Shown here in pieces: positions 20,384-29,935 of a stretch of 61,376 nt of DNA. The DNA comes from Candidatus Muiribacteriota bacterium. Lineage in GTDB: Bacteria; Muiribacteriota; Muiribacteriia; Muiribacteriales; Muiribacteriaceae. The stretch spans positions 1-61,376 of the forward strand of contig JBNJGP010000004.1 of the NCBI GenBank assembly GCA_051747805.1, written 5' to 3'. Position numbers and translations under genes: made by a program. Each line of letters starts with the position of its first letter. Position 1 is the stretch's first letter. The notes beneath the pieces were generated by a model. That model worked only from the letters and a program-made list of their open reading frames with translations. It searched no databases and had not been told where the DNA came from.

Positions 20384-20510
20384 CAGCAATTCTCAATGAA
20401 AATAGAGAAAATCCTTGATTTGATGGGGTCAGCGCCGACATCACTTTGCGAAAAAGCAAAGTGTGTAGGCCTGACCACTAAAGGATTTTCGGCTAAATTG
20501 AGAATTGTTG
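20384..20510. mobile_element. MITE copy 1 (127 bp) with 9-bp target-site duplication
   Basis: TIRs CAGCAATTCTCAAT / ATTGAGAATTGTTG; TACAGGCTT duplicated at 20375-20383 and 20511-20519; internal long hairpin 20425-20478. Confidence 0.85.
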
Positions 20511-20527
20511 TACAGGCTTTTGCTATC

Positions 20528-20556
20528 TTGACAAAACGTTATCTATTTTTTACTAT
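20528..20556 (+). promoter_or_regulatory. Putative sigma70 promoter of glnA
   Basis: TTGACA-N17-TACTAT. Confidence 0.6.
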
Positions 20557-20606
20557 AAACCAAATAATGACCCCTTGTTAAAACATATTCAAAAAGGAGT
20601 ATAATA

Positions 20607-22016
20607 ATGTTAAAGAAAATTAAAAGTATAATTGAAAAAGAAAATGTTGAACTTATTGATTTTAAAACATCAGATTTTCTAGGAAAGCTTAATCATCTTA
20701 CTATTCCTGCAAAAAACATGACTGAAGAAATGCTTGAGGAGGGAATAGGCTTTGATGCTTCAAATTATAAATTTGCCAAAGTTGAAAATTCAGATATGGT
20801 TATGAAACCTGATTTAAATAAGTATTTTATTGATGATTTTTTTTCTCATAAAGTAATGAGTTTTTTATGTGATAGTTTTCTTGCAGATTCTGGTGAAAAA
20901 AATAATCTTGATCCAAGAAATATTTGTAAAAATGTAATGCAGCTTTTTAAAGATAAGGGAATTGCTGATGAAATTCTTTTTGGACCTGAATATGAGTTTC
21001 ATATTTTTGACAATGTTAAATTTGAATATACTTCAGAAAAAGCCTTTTTTGATGTTCTTTCTAAACAATCAACTAAAAATACTGGAAAAGTAGATTCAAA
21101 CAGAGGGTATCATTTAAACTCACATAGTGGATATCATGCTCTACAGCCTAATGATACTTTTGCTGATTTAAGAAATGAAATGACATTAAAGCTCAATAAA
21201 TTTGGTATTCCAATCAAATATAATCATCATGAGGTTGGCGGAGCCGGACAGATGGAAATTGAAACAGGTTTCATGGATCTTTTATCTGCCGCTGATAATA
21301 CTCAGATTATTAAATATGTTATAAAAAATGTTGCTGTTAAAAATGGGAAAACTGCTACATTTATGCCCAAACCTATTGAAAATGAGGCTGGTAATGGTTT
21401 TCATTCTCATATGTTCTTAAAAAAAGATGGAAAAAATATATTTACCGATGGAAATAAACAGCTTTCTGAAACCGCGTACTGTGCAATAGGAGGTATTTTA
21501 AAAAACATTAAATCACTAGTTGCCTTAACAAACCCTTCGACAAATTCCTACAAAAGACTGGTACCCGGTTTTGAGGCACCTGTCAAAATCTTTTTTGGTA
21601 AAGCTAACAGAAGTGCTGCGGTAAGGGTTCCAGCTTATGTAAAGTCTAATGAATATTTACGCTTTGAGTACAGACCTATGGATGCAATGTGTAATCCTTA
21701 TCTGGCTTTTTCTGCAATAGCTCTTGCGATGCTTGATGGTATCGAAAACAAACATGATGCCAGAAAACTTGGTTATGGTCCTGTTGACGTTAATATATTT
21801 GCTCTTGACGAAAAAGAGCTTGAGTCAATTGATTCTCTTCCACTGAATTTTGCAGAAGCTTTAAGTTACTTTGTTGAGGACAATGATTTTTTAACAAGAG
21901 ATGGAATTTTTTCAAAAGTTTTAATAGATAAATTTCTTGAGCTTAAGTACAAAGAAATACTTGAAGTAAGTAAAAAAATAACTCCTTATGAGTATGTAGC
22001 CTACTTTGATTTTTAA
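20607..22016 (+). CDS. glnA: Glutamine synthetase type I
   Basis: GFDAS, GPEYEF, HHEV, ATFMPKP, NSYKRLVPGFEAP, NRSAAVRVP, FEYRP. Confidence 0.96.
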   Translation: MLKKIKSIIEKENVELIDFKTSDFLGKLNHLTIPAKNMTEEMLEEGIGFDASNYKFAKVENSDMVMKPDLNKYFIDDFFSHKVMSFLCDSFLADSGEKNNLDPRNICKNVMQLFKDKGIADEILFGPEYEFHIFDNVKFEYTSEKAFFDVLSKQSTKNTGKVDSNRGYHLNSHSGYHALQPNDTFADLRNEMTLKLNKFGIPIKYNHHEVGGAGQMEIETGFMDLLSAADNTQIIKYVIKNVAVKNGKTATFMPKPIENEAGNGFHSHMFLKKDGKNIFTDGNKQLSETAYCAIGGILKNIKSLVALTNPSTNSYKRLVPGFEAPVKIFFGKANRSAAVRVPAYVKSNEYLRFEYRPMDAMCNPYLAFSAIALAMLDGIENKHDARKLGYGPVDVNIFALDEKELESIDSLPLNFAEALSYFVEDNDFLTRDGIFSKVLIDKFLELKYKEILEVSKKITPYEYVAYFDF

Positions 22017-22035
22017 TTTTTAAATCTATTTTACA

Positions 22036-22076
22036 GGGGTCTGAGCCGACATCAAGTTAGCTGAACTTGAATTTTT
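22036..22076 (+). repeat. Partial REP-like family B element and probable terminator after glnA
   Basis: GGGGTCTGAGCCGACATCA resembles 20425; hairpin TCAAGTT-AGCTG-AACTTGA plus T run. Confidence 0.55.
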
Positions 22077-22119
22077 AAAATAAATTAAAAAATGTTATAA
22101 TATAGAAGGAGAACTTAAA

Positions 22120-23061
22120 ATGAAAAAAACTGCTGTTGTTGCATTAGGTGGAAACAGTATAATAAAATCTTCTGAAAAAGGAACAATTGAAGAGCAGATA
22201 AAGAATTCAGTCGAAACCTGCAAATATTTAACAGAACTTGTTAAAAAGGGATATAATTTAATTATCACCCACGGTAATGGTCCGCAAGTTGGTAATATTT
22301 TACTTAGAAATGAGGCGGCCAAGCAGCTTCATAATATACCTGTTATGCCTCTTGATATTTGTGTTGCAGATTCTGAGGGAGGCATTGGTTATATGCTTCA
22401 ACGAACAATGTTTAATGAACTTCAAAAAGGAAAGATTGACAAAAAGGTTGCCACAATTATATCACAGATTATTGTATCAAAAGAAGATGATGCTTTTAAA
22501 AATCCAACAAAACCTGTTGGACCATTTTTTGATAAAGAACGTGCCCAAGAACTGCAGAGAGAAAAAGGGTGGGATATAGTTGAAGACAGCGGCCGGGGAT
22601 ATCGCAGAGTAGTTCCTTCCCCGAGGCCCGAGGGTTTTGTAGAGCTTGATATATTAAAATCTATGATAGAAAACAATTATATTGTTATTGCGGCCGGGGG
22701 CGGTGGTGTGCCGGTTTCAAAAAATACAGATGGCGAACTTGAACCGGTTGAGGCTGTTATTGATAAAGACTTCGCCTCTTCTTTTATTGCAAAAGAATTA
22801 AATGTTGACTTGTTTATGATTTTAACTGGTGTTCCAAAAGTTGCCCTTAATTTTCAGAAAGAAAACGAAAAATGGCTTGATAAAATAACTGTTTCTGAGG
22901 CTGAGAAACTGCTTAAGGAAAATCAGTTTCCACCGGGTAGTATGAAGCCTAAGATCGAGGCTGCCCTGGATTTTGTTAAAAGTACAGGTAAAGAGGTTAT
23001 TATAACCTGTTTTGAAGAGCTTGATAAAGAGGAATACGGTACAAAAATTATTTCTGATTAA
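22120..23061 (+). CDS. arcC: Carbamate kinase
   Basis: VALGGN, THGNGPQVG, NPTKPVGPF, GYRRVVPSP, VIDKD, GSMKPK. Confidence 0.96.
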   Translation: MKKTAVVALGGNSIIKSSEKGTIEEQIKNSVETCKYLTELVKKGYNLIITHGNGPQVGNILLRNEAAKQLHNIPVMPLDICVADSEGGIGYMLQRTMFNELQKGKIDKKVATIISQIIVSKEDDAFKNPTKPVGPFFDKERAQELQREKGWDIVEDSGRGYRRVVPSPRPEGFVELDILKSMIENNYIVIAAGGGGVPVSKNTDGELEPVEAVIDKDFASSFIAKELNVDLFMILTGVPKVALNFQKENEKWLDKITVSEAEKLLKENQFPPGSMKPKIEAALDFVKSTGKEVIITCFEELDKEEYGTKIISD

Positions 23062-23081
23062 AATAAAAGGATTTTTTTATT

Positions 23082-24560
23082 ATGTCAAATGAAAATCTTT
23101 TAGATGATTTGATTAAAATGGATAAAGCCTCTTCTTTTAATAATGAAGATAAAGAAGAACTTGCTATTTTAAAAAAATATAAAAAAAAACCTGAGAGTAA
23201 CCCTGTAGAAGAGGACGAATCATTAAAAAAAACTGATGATGAAGTTCCTGTTGAGTTACTCGAAGAACCTTCAGCTTTTTCTGAGGCAGAAGAAGAGGAA
23301 ATAGTCAATTATGATGATATTTTATCTGATTTTGCCTCAAAAGAGGTTTATCAGGAAGAAAACAATAATAAGGACGAAGAATTAGAAAAAAAACCTGACA
23401 AAAAAGAAAAAAACCACGAAAAAGAAGAAGTTGTCGAAATACCTGAAAACATTGAGTTTAATAAATTTTCTGATTTATATAATGAAAAGATGATTAAAAA
23501 AGCCGATAAAAGAATTGTTCTTGAGGTAAAAAAAGTTATAAACTCTTTTTTAGAGTTATTAATCACTAAAAATGGAAACGTTTTATATATTGATTCAGAC
23601 AGTTATCTGAGTCTTGTTTTGAATACAGGTCATGTTGAGACTGAAAAAAATAAATTATTTAACTTTAAGGCTCTTAATTCGTATATAGACTATATTATTC
23701 CTGGTGTTCAAAAGGAAGAATTTATTAAAAGAAATGTTTTCCGCACTCAGTACAGCTATATAAACGAAACATTCAATGTTTTAGTTTTCAGAGAAGATAA
23801 AAATGTTAAACTTTCATTTTCAAAAATAGAAAAAATTTCAAACGTAATTTTACCAGTAGTTAACTCTATTGATTATACAAGTGTTATTAATAGATATAAG
23901 GGAACTATTAATATAATTTCCGGGTTTAAGGAAGAATATTCTGTTGAAGTATCTAAACAGATTGCTGATAAACTTGCTGATGAGTTTAAAAATGTTTTTC
24001 TTATATATGAAAACAATAAATTCGATTTGAGTCAGAGGGGAATTATCTATTCTACTTTAAACAAAAATACAACTTCCGGGTCTGTAATAAAAGGAATAGT
24101 TCAATGTGTTGAACCACTTATTTTTTATGAGGCAGAGCTTAGTGAGCAGAACTTAAATAATATTATAGAAACTGCTTTTCTTGGCAAAAATGTGTTTTTT
24201 ATTATGAATAGCCGCAATTCTGCCAGTGAAATTGTAGAATTTTTTCTCAGTTCAATAAATAACCCTATGAAAAAAAGACTTTTCGCAAAATATCTTAATT
24301 CAATTTTATCTATAAATATATTATATGGACATAATTATGATAAAATACCAGTTTATGAGTATGTTTATTTTGATAAAAAGTTGAAAAGAAATTTGCTTGA
24401 GGCAAAATATGATAGTTTTTTCAGAGAGCTTCTTGAATTAAACAATGAAAATATTATCACTTTTGAAAAAAGCTTGAATAGAAGTGTTGCTTCTGATAAA
24501 ATATCAAGAAGCAATGCTCAAAAATTTTTAAATAATTTTGTTTCTGATAAAATAAACTGA
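23082..24560 (+). CDS. Degenerate PilT/PilU-like protein with acidic N-terminal extension
   Basis: C-terminal ~350 aa aligns by eye with PilT segments, but Walker A, Asp box and His box are substituted. Confidence 0.55.
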   Translation: MSNENLLDDLIKMDKASSFNNEDKEELAILKKYKKKPESNPVEEDESLKKTDDEVPVELLEEPSAFSEAEEEEIVNYDDILSDFASKEVYQEENNNKDEELEKKPDKKEKNHEKEEVVEIPENIEFNKFSDLYNEKMIKKADKRIVLEVKKVINSFLELLITKNGNVLYIDSDSYLSLVLNTGHVETEKNKLFNFKALNSYIDYIIPGVQKEEFIKRNVFRTQYSYINETFNVLVFREDKNVKLSFSKIEKISNVILPVVNSIDYTSVINRYKGTINIISGFKEEYSVEVSKQIADKLADEFKNVFLIYENNKFDLSQRGIIYSTLNKNTTSGSVIKGIVQCVEPLIFYEAELSEQNLNNIIETAFLGKNVFFIMNSRNSASEIVEFFLSSINNPMKKRLFAKYLNSILSINILYGHNYDKIPVYEYVYFDKKLKRNLLEAKYDSFFRELLELNNENIITFEKSLNRSVASDKISRSNAQKFLNNFVSDKIN

Positions 24561-24611
24561 AAAATTTTTGATAAAGTAAAAAAGTTAAAATTATAAAAAG
24601 GAGAGTATAAT

Positions 24612-25121
24612 ATGCTTGTTAAACAACTTGTTGTTGAAGCCAAAAACAGACCGGGAGAACTTCATAATATTGTAAAGCTTCTTTCTAGCAATAATGTTGA
24701 TATTAAGGCTATTGTTTCAAATGCCCAGACTTCTGACAATATTGTTATTGCTAAAGTTAGAATGATTGTTTTAAACGATGAAACAGCTATTGAAGTTCTT
24801 AAAAAAGAAGGGTATAAAGCCTATCTTGAAAATGTTGTTGTTGTTGATGTAAGCGATACACCGGGAAGTTTTGCTCCGGTTCTTGAGCTTTTTGATAAAA
24901 ATGATATTAATATTGAATATGTATATACTTTTTTAACTCATATTGAAAATAAAGCTTTAAGTGTTTTCTGCTTTGATAATAATGAAAAGGCTCTTGAGAT
25001 ATTAAAAGACAGTCAGTATACTGTTGTCACTGATAGTACAATTCAAAGTAGATATGGGGACTCAGAGTTTTACGAAGAAAGAGACCTTAGAGAATATTTA
25101 TCTACAATAATAACTCCTTAA
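24612..25121 (+). CDS. Tandem ACT-domain amino-acid-binding protein
   Basis: KQLVV..NRPGEL and DTPGSF...INIEYVY double ACT pattern. Confidence 0.8.
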   Translation: MLVKQLVVEAKNRPGELHNIVKLLSSNNVDIKAIVSNAQTSDNIVIAKVRMIVLNDETAIEVLKKEGYKAYLENVVVVDVSDTPGSFAPVLELFDKNDINIEYVYTFLTHIENKALSVFCFDNNEKALEILKDSQYTVVTDSTIQSRYGDSEFYEERDLREYLSTIITP

Positions 25122-27433
25122 TTAATTTCTCTTAAAATACCTTTATATAAATCTTCGCGGATTTTCTCAACAGGAATTCCGCGATTTTTTAATTTTTCTT
25201 CTATTTCTGGAATATCTACTCCTAAAATCTCAAGTTCTCTTTGAAGTTCAACAGTGGCTTGGAACAAAAGAATAATATCTTTAACACCCTTTTTGTGCCT
25301 GAAAACATGGTTTAATTTGTTTTCATGAATCTGATTAATTATATTTCTGACTATAAGTCCAAGCTCATATCTTGAAACTGAAATATCAGGATTAGTCGTC
25401 ATTATTTCATAATGTTTTGCGAATTTTTTGCCTAAACTAAGAACAATTTCTTTTACCCATTCGGCCCTTTCAGAAACAGAATCAGAAGGTTCTGTTTCTT
25501 CTTCATTTTTCTCTTCTTCATGGATTTCTTCTACAGTTTTTTTATCCATTTCAATAACTTCTTCTACAAGAAGCTCTGGTTGAATTTTATTAGCTGCCTC
25601 GGGTAATTTTGATGCTATTAATATATCTTCTGAAGCCGAGGCAGTGTTAAAACGCCACTCTTTTGAAATGAACGGGTTACCGACCTCATCTTTAACTCTA
25701 TCTGTAATAATTACTCTGTATTCTGTATTTGTTTTAAAAGACGATTCAGGAGTTATTTCCAGTTTATTGAATTCGGGTTCCCACGAGAAAGAAAATATTT
25801 TATTATGTACACCGTCTGATATAATAATACCATTTCTTACAGTTGACGGGTTTATGTTTTTTGAGGTAATAATTGTAATTTTACTGTTTAAAGGAACATT
25901 TTTCATTTTATTTTCAGGAAAAATATCAACTGTACGTGGTGACACTCTATCCCTAACGCGATTTTTTACAACCTGATCTTCGGGGACAAAATTTTCATAA
26001 AATGGAACGTCAATAATACTTTGGATTTTTTTCATTGCCTGATTTTCGTCAAACTCTGAGTACCTTTCGAGTTTAGTCATTATTTCCTGAGTATCATATA
26101 AAATTGTTTTAAACCCAAATGATGGAATATTTTCTAATGAATTCCCTTCAAGGTCTTTAATAGTATTTTTTAAAGATATACGATAATCAGTTTTCATATC
26201 AAGAGGAAAGTCGGGTTTAACTTCAACATTCACCCCATATTTGTTTATTTCAAAAGAGTAAGGAATTATTTTATCGCCGTCTGTTATTACAATCCCGTTT
26301 TCTAAACTATCTTTATCAATTATTTCTGAAAATTTTAACTTAATAATAGTATTTATATCTATGTTTTCAGCCCCATCTTCGGGAAAATGATTTGTTAAAT
26401 AAGGTGGAGTCAGATCTTCTGTTTTAAACTCAAAATGATAAGGTTCTAGCGGATTATGGGCTTTATCAACTATTCCCTCTTTTAAATAGACATCGTAGAA
26501 AGAGCTGTCTTGTAAAGGTTCTTCGGGAATTATTTCAATAATTTGACTTTCATAATCAAAATTTAATATTACAGCCTGCTTTTCCTTGTCCTTATACAGA
26601 GCAATATTTGACTCATTGATAGTATCTATATCCAGCTCATCATCGACAAGAATTCTTATGCGACTGTTAATATTTACTTTTCTCTGATCGGGTTCGGGTA
26701 TTGTTTCAATAATTGTTGGCGGTATATTATCAAGTGTTGTATAACTTATTTTATAATCCATACCTGATTTATTATTGTTTTCATCTTTTATATTACTGTT
26801 TATAAGAAGAGTATATGTTTTTTCGCTTTTTAATTCTTCAAGAATTCTTATTGAAACTGCAGTGCTGCTTTTCCCTTCAAACACGTCAATTTCAATCTCT
26901 TTATTATTTTTATCTTTAAACTTTATATTATTATAGGCTTCGGGGTCTATTCTTTCAGAGAAAATTAGAGAAATTTCTGGTGTAATGTCAAGTTTGTCAT
27001 AGCCATCATGGGGATTAGCAGAAACAAGAAAAGGTCGTGTTTTATCCCGGGTTCTTCCAGTTGAGAAAGTCCATATTACTGAACTTCGTAGCCTATCACC
27101 ATAAAGATCTCTTATTCCGGCAGACAAAGTCACTTTATACGTTCGATTCATGGTTAGTTTTTCAGCTGGTATAAAAACTGCTTTTTTTAAAAGTTTAAAA
27201 TATTTAATTTCTCCTGATATATCTGTATAACCGTCGTTTACAGTAAAAGTGAAGTTGTTTAAATCTCTTTTAAGAAGTTCATGATTAAAAGTAACTTCAA
27301 TATTGCTGTTTAAGGGGACATAATCACTTTCTGCAAGAGGAGATACTGAAATAACCTGTAATGGTTCTCTGCAAAAACAGAAAATTGTTAATAAAAATAA
27401 AAATATAAAGACAGTTTTTATTTTATTTAACAT
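25118..27433 (-). CDS. Secreted protein with 5 Big_5 (SbsA-type) Ig-like repeats and a C-terminal SLH-like/coiled-coil region
   Basis: Signal peptide; repeats P.V....P......V.....I...F; C-terminal EWVKEIVLSL...VSRYELGLIV...ELQRELEILGV. Confidence 0.8.
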   Translation of the reverse strand: MLNKIKTVFIFLFLLTIFCFCREPLQVISVSPLAESDYVPLNSNIEVTFNHELLKRDLNNFTFTVNDGYTDISGEIKYFKLLKKAVFIPAEKLTMNRTYKVTLSAGIRDLYGDRLRSSVIWTFSTGRTRDKTRPFLVSANPHDGYDKLDITPEISLIFSERIDPEAYNNIKFKDKNNKEIEIDVFEGKSSTAVSIRILEELKSEKTYTLLINSNIKDENNNKSGMDYKISYTTLDNIPPTIIETIPEPDQRKVNINSRIRILVDDELDIDTINESNIALYKDKEKQAVILNFDYESQIIEIIPEEPLQDSSFYDVYLKEGIVDKAHNPLEPYHFEFKTEDLTPPYLTNHFPEDGAENIDINTIIKLKFSEIIDKDSLENGIVITDGDKIIPYSFEINKYGVNVEVKPDFPLDMKTDYRISLKNTIKDLEGNSLENIPSFGFKTILYDTQEIMTKLERYSEFDENQAMKKIQSIIDVPFYENFVPEDQVVKNRVRDRVSPRTVDIFPENKMKNVPLNSKITIITSKNINPSTVRNGIIISDGVHNKIFSFSWEPEFNKLEITPESSFKTNTEYRVIITDRVKDEVGNPFISKEWRFNTASASEDILIASKLPEAANKIQPELLVEEVIEMDKKTVEEIHEEEKNEEETEPSDSVSERAEWVKEIVLSLGKKFAKHYEIMTTNPDISVSRYELGLIVRNIINQIHENKLNHVFRHKKGVKDIILLFQATVELQRELEILGVDIPEIEEKLKNRGIPVEKIREDLYKGILREIN

Positions 27434-29918
27434 GTCCTCTTCCCTCAGTATAAAAAATTAAATTATAATCTTCTTTCATATTCTTTCCTTCGGTATCCTG
27501 GATGAATTTACTTACTTCAAGCTCAAACTTTGTATTAAAAGGTAGTTCATCTTGAGGTTTAAAAATCAGCTCTCTTTTTTCAGAATCATAAACAATTTCG
27601 CCGGAATAATAAAAATTCTTATTGTCAGATAAACTTATGGTAAAACTGTTAAAAGAAACAGGATTCATATCTTTATTAAATTGTACAATAATATCAGAAG
27701 TAACAGGGAAATTTGTTTTTGTCATATAGGGGAAAGACGCTTTTACTTCAGGAAGTGTTTCTTCTGGATGTGAAATTATAAATTCCCAGGAAATATTATT
27801 TCCATACTTATTTCCAGCAATATCTTCAACTCTTTCTGATACAAATACTTTATAAATTTTTCCATATTCAAGCTCTTCATGATAATTATAAATTGCCCTG
27901 TGATTTATTTCAGAATACTCAACTACTCCCTTAACTGGTGTTCCATCCTCTTTTAACAGTCCAAAGTTAAAAGGAGAAAGGGTTTGAGTATCCATTTCTT
28001 CGTTAAAAGTAACCGATACAACGGGTTTTTTTGTATATACAGGAGCGTTTTCACGTGGAGAAACAGATAAAATAACCGGCGGGGTAATATTTGGAGGAGA
28101 ACCAACCCAGAAAGAGAATTCAAGTTCCTCGTCCATGAAATTTCCGCCAAGGTCACTTATTGCCGGACCTAGAATCACCCTGTATTGTGTGTTTTTTTGA
28201 AGGTCTTTTACCGGGGATATAAAAGCTATGTTTTTGTCAGAGTCATAGGTTATATCTGTTTTTATATAATCTTTTCCGTCAGATATCCTCACAGTAAATT
28301 TATTTAAACTTTCTGTTCTGATTTCTTCGCTGAATCTGGCTTTTATAACAACATCTTCGCTTAAATCTTCTTCTTTATCTTCGGGGTGAATTTCTACAAT
28401 TTTTGGAGGAGTCTTGTCTGGAAGAGGTTCGGTAACAAAAGCCCACTCATAAAACTTATCCAGGTTATTTCCATTAACGTCTTTTATATCTGTAGAAACT
28501 CTTACATAATAAAGTGTATTATGCCTTAAAGGTTCACGTGGTATAAACCAGGCTTTATGAGCTTTTTTATCATACTCAACATCACCCCATATATTTTTTA
28601 CTCCATCAGATAAAACAACTGTAAACTCGTTTACTGTTTCTATTCTTGGCCGTGCTGAGAATTCAATATAAATTGAGCTTTCAACATCAATATTATTTTC
28701 TCTATCACCAGGAAAATAATTTTTTACAAAAAACAGCGAGTCTTCTCTCATTAAAAATCTTTCACGCGAAGGTGTTTCTTTTTCTTCTTTTGTATCTTCA
28801 AGTTCAAGCAGCTTATGTTTAGAGTCAGATAATTTATCATGTATTAAAACTTCTTTTTGCGAACCTGTTCTAAACTCAAGTATAAAATCATCGTTTAAAA
28901 ATTTCCCCTCCGTATCTTTTACATTTCCTCTAATACGGAATTTACAGTTCATATTTGCAGGAAGGGGTTTCTCTGGTTCAAAAAGTAGCACTCTTTCTTT
29001 TTCGTTATAGGAGATATTACCCCACACATTCTGCGTACCATCTGATAAAATAACATTGAATCTGTTAAGAGTAGAAGGGTCCATCTTTTTACTGAATCTG
29101 GCAATAATTGAAGAGTTAGGAGCTACATTTTTGTCAAAATTTCCCGGATAAGTTTCTACAACTTCCGGAAACTCATCTTTTCTGACACCTGCAGTTTGAA
29201 AGCTGAACTCATAGGTTTCCTTAAGTGTTGATCCATTAATATCTTTTATGAAATTTGTTGCCATTACTCTGTAGTTAGAATCAAGCTCAAAAGGTTTAAA
29301 GGGTTTAAATATAATACTGTTATCTTTTACTTCTATTTTTCCATCAGTTTTAGCTTTCTTGCCTTTGACCATAAAAGTATAATGATTAACAGTGCTCTCA
29401 TCTATGGGAGCAGAAAATTTTACAACTATAGGGTTGGTTTTTTCAATAATTGTATTCTGCTCGGGTTCGGTGGTTAAAATAGATAAATCCTCTTTTCTTT
29501 TTGGGTTTATATCACGAGTTATATCAAAATCATCGATTGTTTGAATAATATCTGTTTTGCCTGTTACTCTGAAGGACCATACATAATTTTCTTTCAGTTT
29601 TGTTCCGTCTTCGGCTTTAACCCCTTTATAAAGCATTGCGCGGTAGGTGTTACCTTCTTTTAGATAATTATTTGGAATAAAACTTGCTTTTTTCTCTTCT
29701 GGAATATAAACAACTTTTCCACGTATGTCAGAAACGCCGTCATTTAAAATAAACGTAAATCTATTTATAAATTCTTCATCCATTTCTTTAGAAAATCTTA
29801 AATAAATTGGAGTATCTTTTGATATGGATTTCTGGGATGTAGGGTAATGTTCTCTGACAATTGAAAAAACAGGGTTAAATAGGCTTATAAGAGTAATAAG
29901 TAATATTATTTTTTTCAA
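27423..29918 (-). CDS. Secreted protein with 7 Big_5 Ig-like repeats
   Basis: Signal peptide, TTG start with AGGAGG; ~110-aa repeats ending D..GN.....W.F.T. Confidence 0.85.
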   Translation of the reverse strand: MKKIILLITLISLFNPVFSIVREHYPTSQKSISKDTPIYLRFSKEMDEEFINRFTFILNDGVSDIRGKVVYIPEEKKASFIPNNYLKEGNTYRAMLYKGVKAEDGTKLKENYVWSFRVTGKTDIIQTIDDFDITRDINPKRKEDLSILTTEPEQNTIIEKTNPIVVKFSAPIDESTVNHYTFMVKGKKAKTDGKIEVKDNSIIFKPFKPFELDSNYRVMATNFIKDINGSTLKETYEFSFQTAGVRKDEFPEVVETYPGNFDKNVAPNSSIIARFSKKMDPSTLNRFNVILSDGTQNVWGNISYNEKERVLLFEPEKPLPANMNCKFRIRGNVKDTEGKFLNDDFILEFRTGSQKEVLIHDKLSDSKHKLLELEDTKEEKETPSRERFLMREDSLFFVKNYFPGDRENNIDVESSIYIEFSARPRIETVNEFTVVLSDGVKNIWGDVEYDKKAHKAWFIPREPLRHNTLYYVRVSTDIKDVNGNNLDKFYEWAFVTEPLPDKTPPKIVEIHPEDKEEDLSEDVVIKARFSEEIRTESLNKFTVRISDGKDYIKTDITYDSDKNIAFISPVKDLQKNTQYRVILGPAISDLGGNFMDEELEFSFWVGSPPNITPPVILSVSPRENAPVYTKKPVVSVTFNEEMDTQTLSPFNFGLLKEDGTPVKGVVEYSEINHRAIYNYHEELEYGKIYKVFVSERVEDIAGNKYGNNISWEFIISHPEETLPEVKASFPYMTKTNFPVTSDIIVQFNKDMNPVSFNSFTISLSDNKNFYYSGEIVYDSEKRELIFKPQDELPFNTKFELEVSKFIQDTEGKNMKEDYNLIFYTEGRGHVK

Positions 29919-29935
29919 AAAAATCCTCCTGTTTT

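Noticed and set aside
20372-20581. 69-aa ORF
   Set aside because: Coincides with MITE copy 1 and the glnA promoter.
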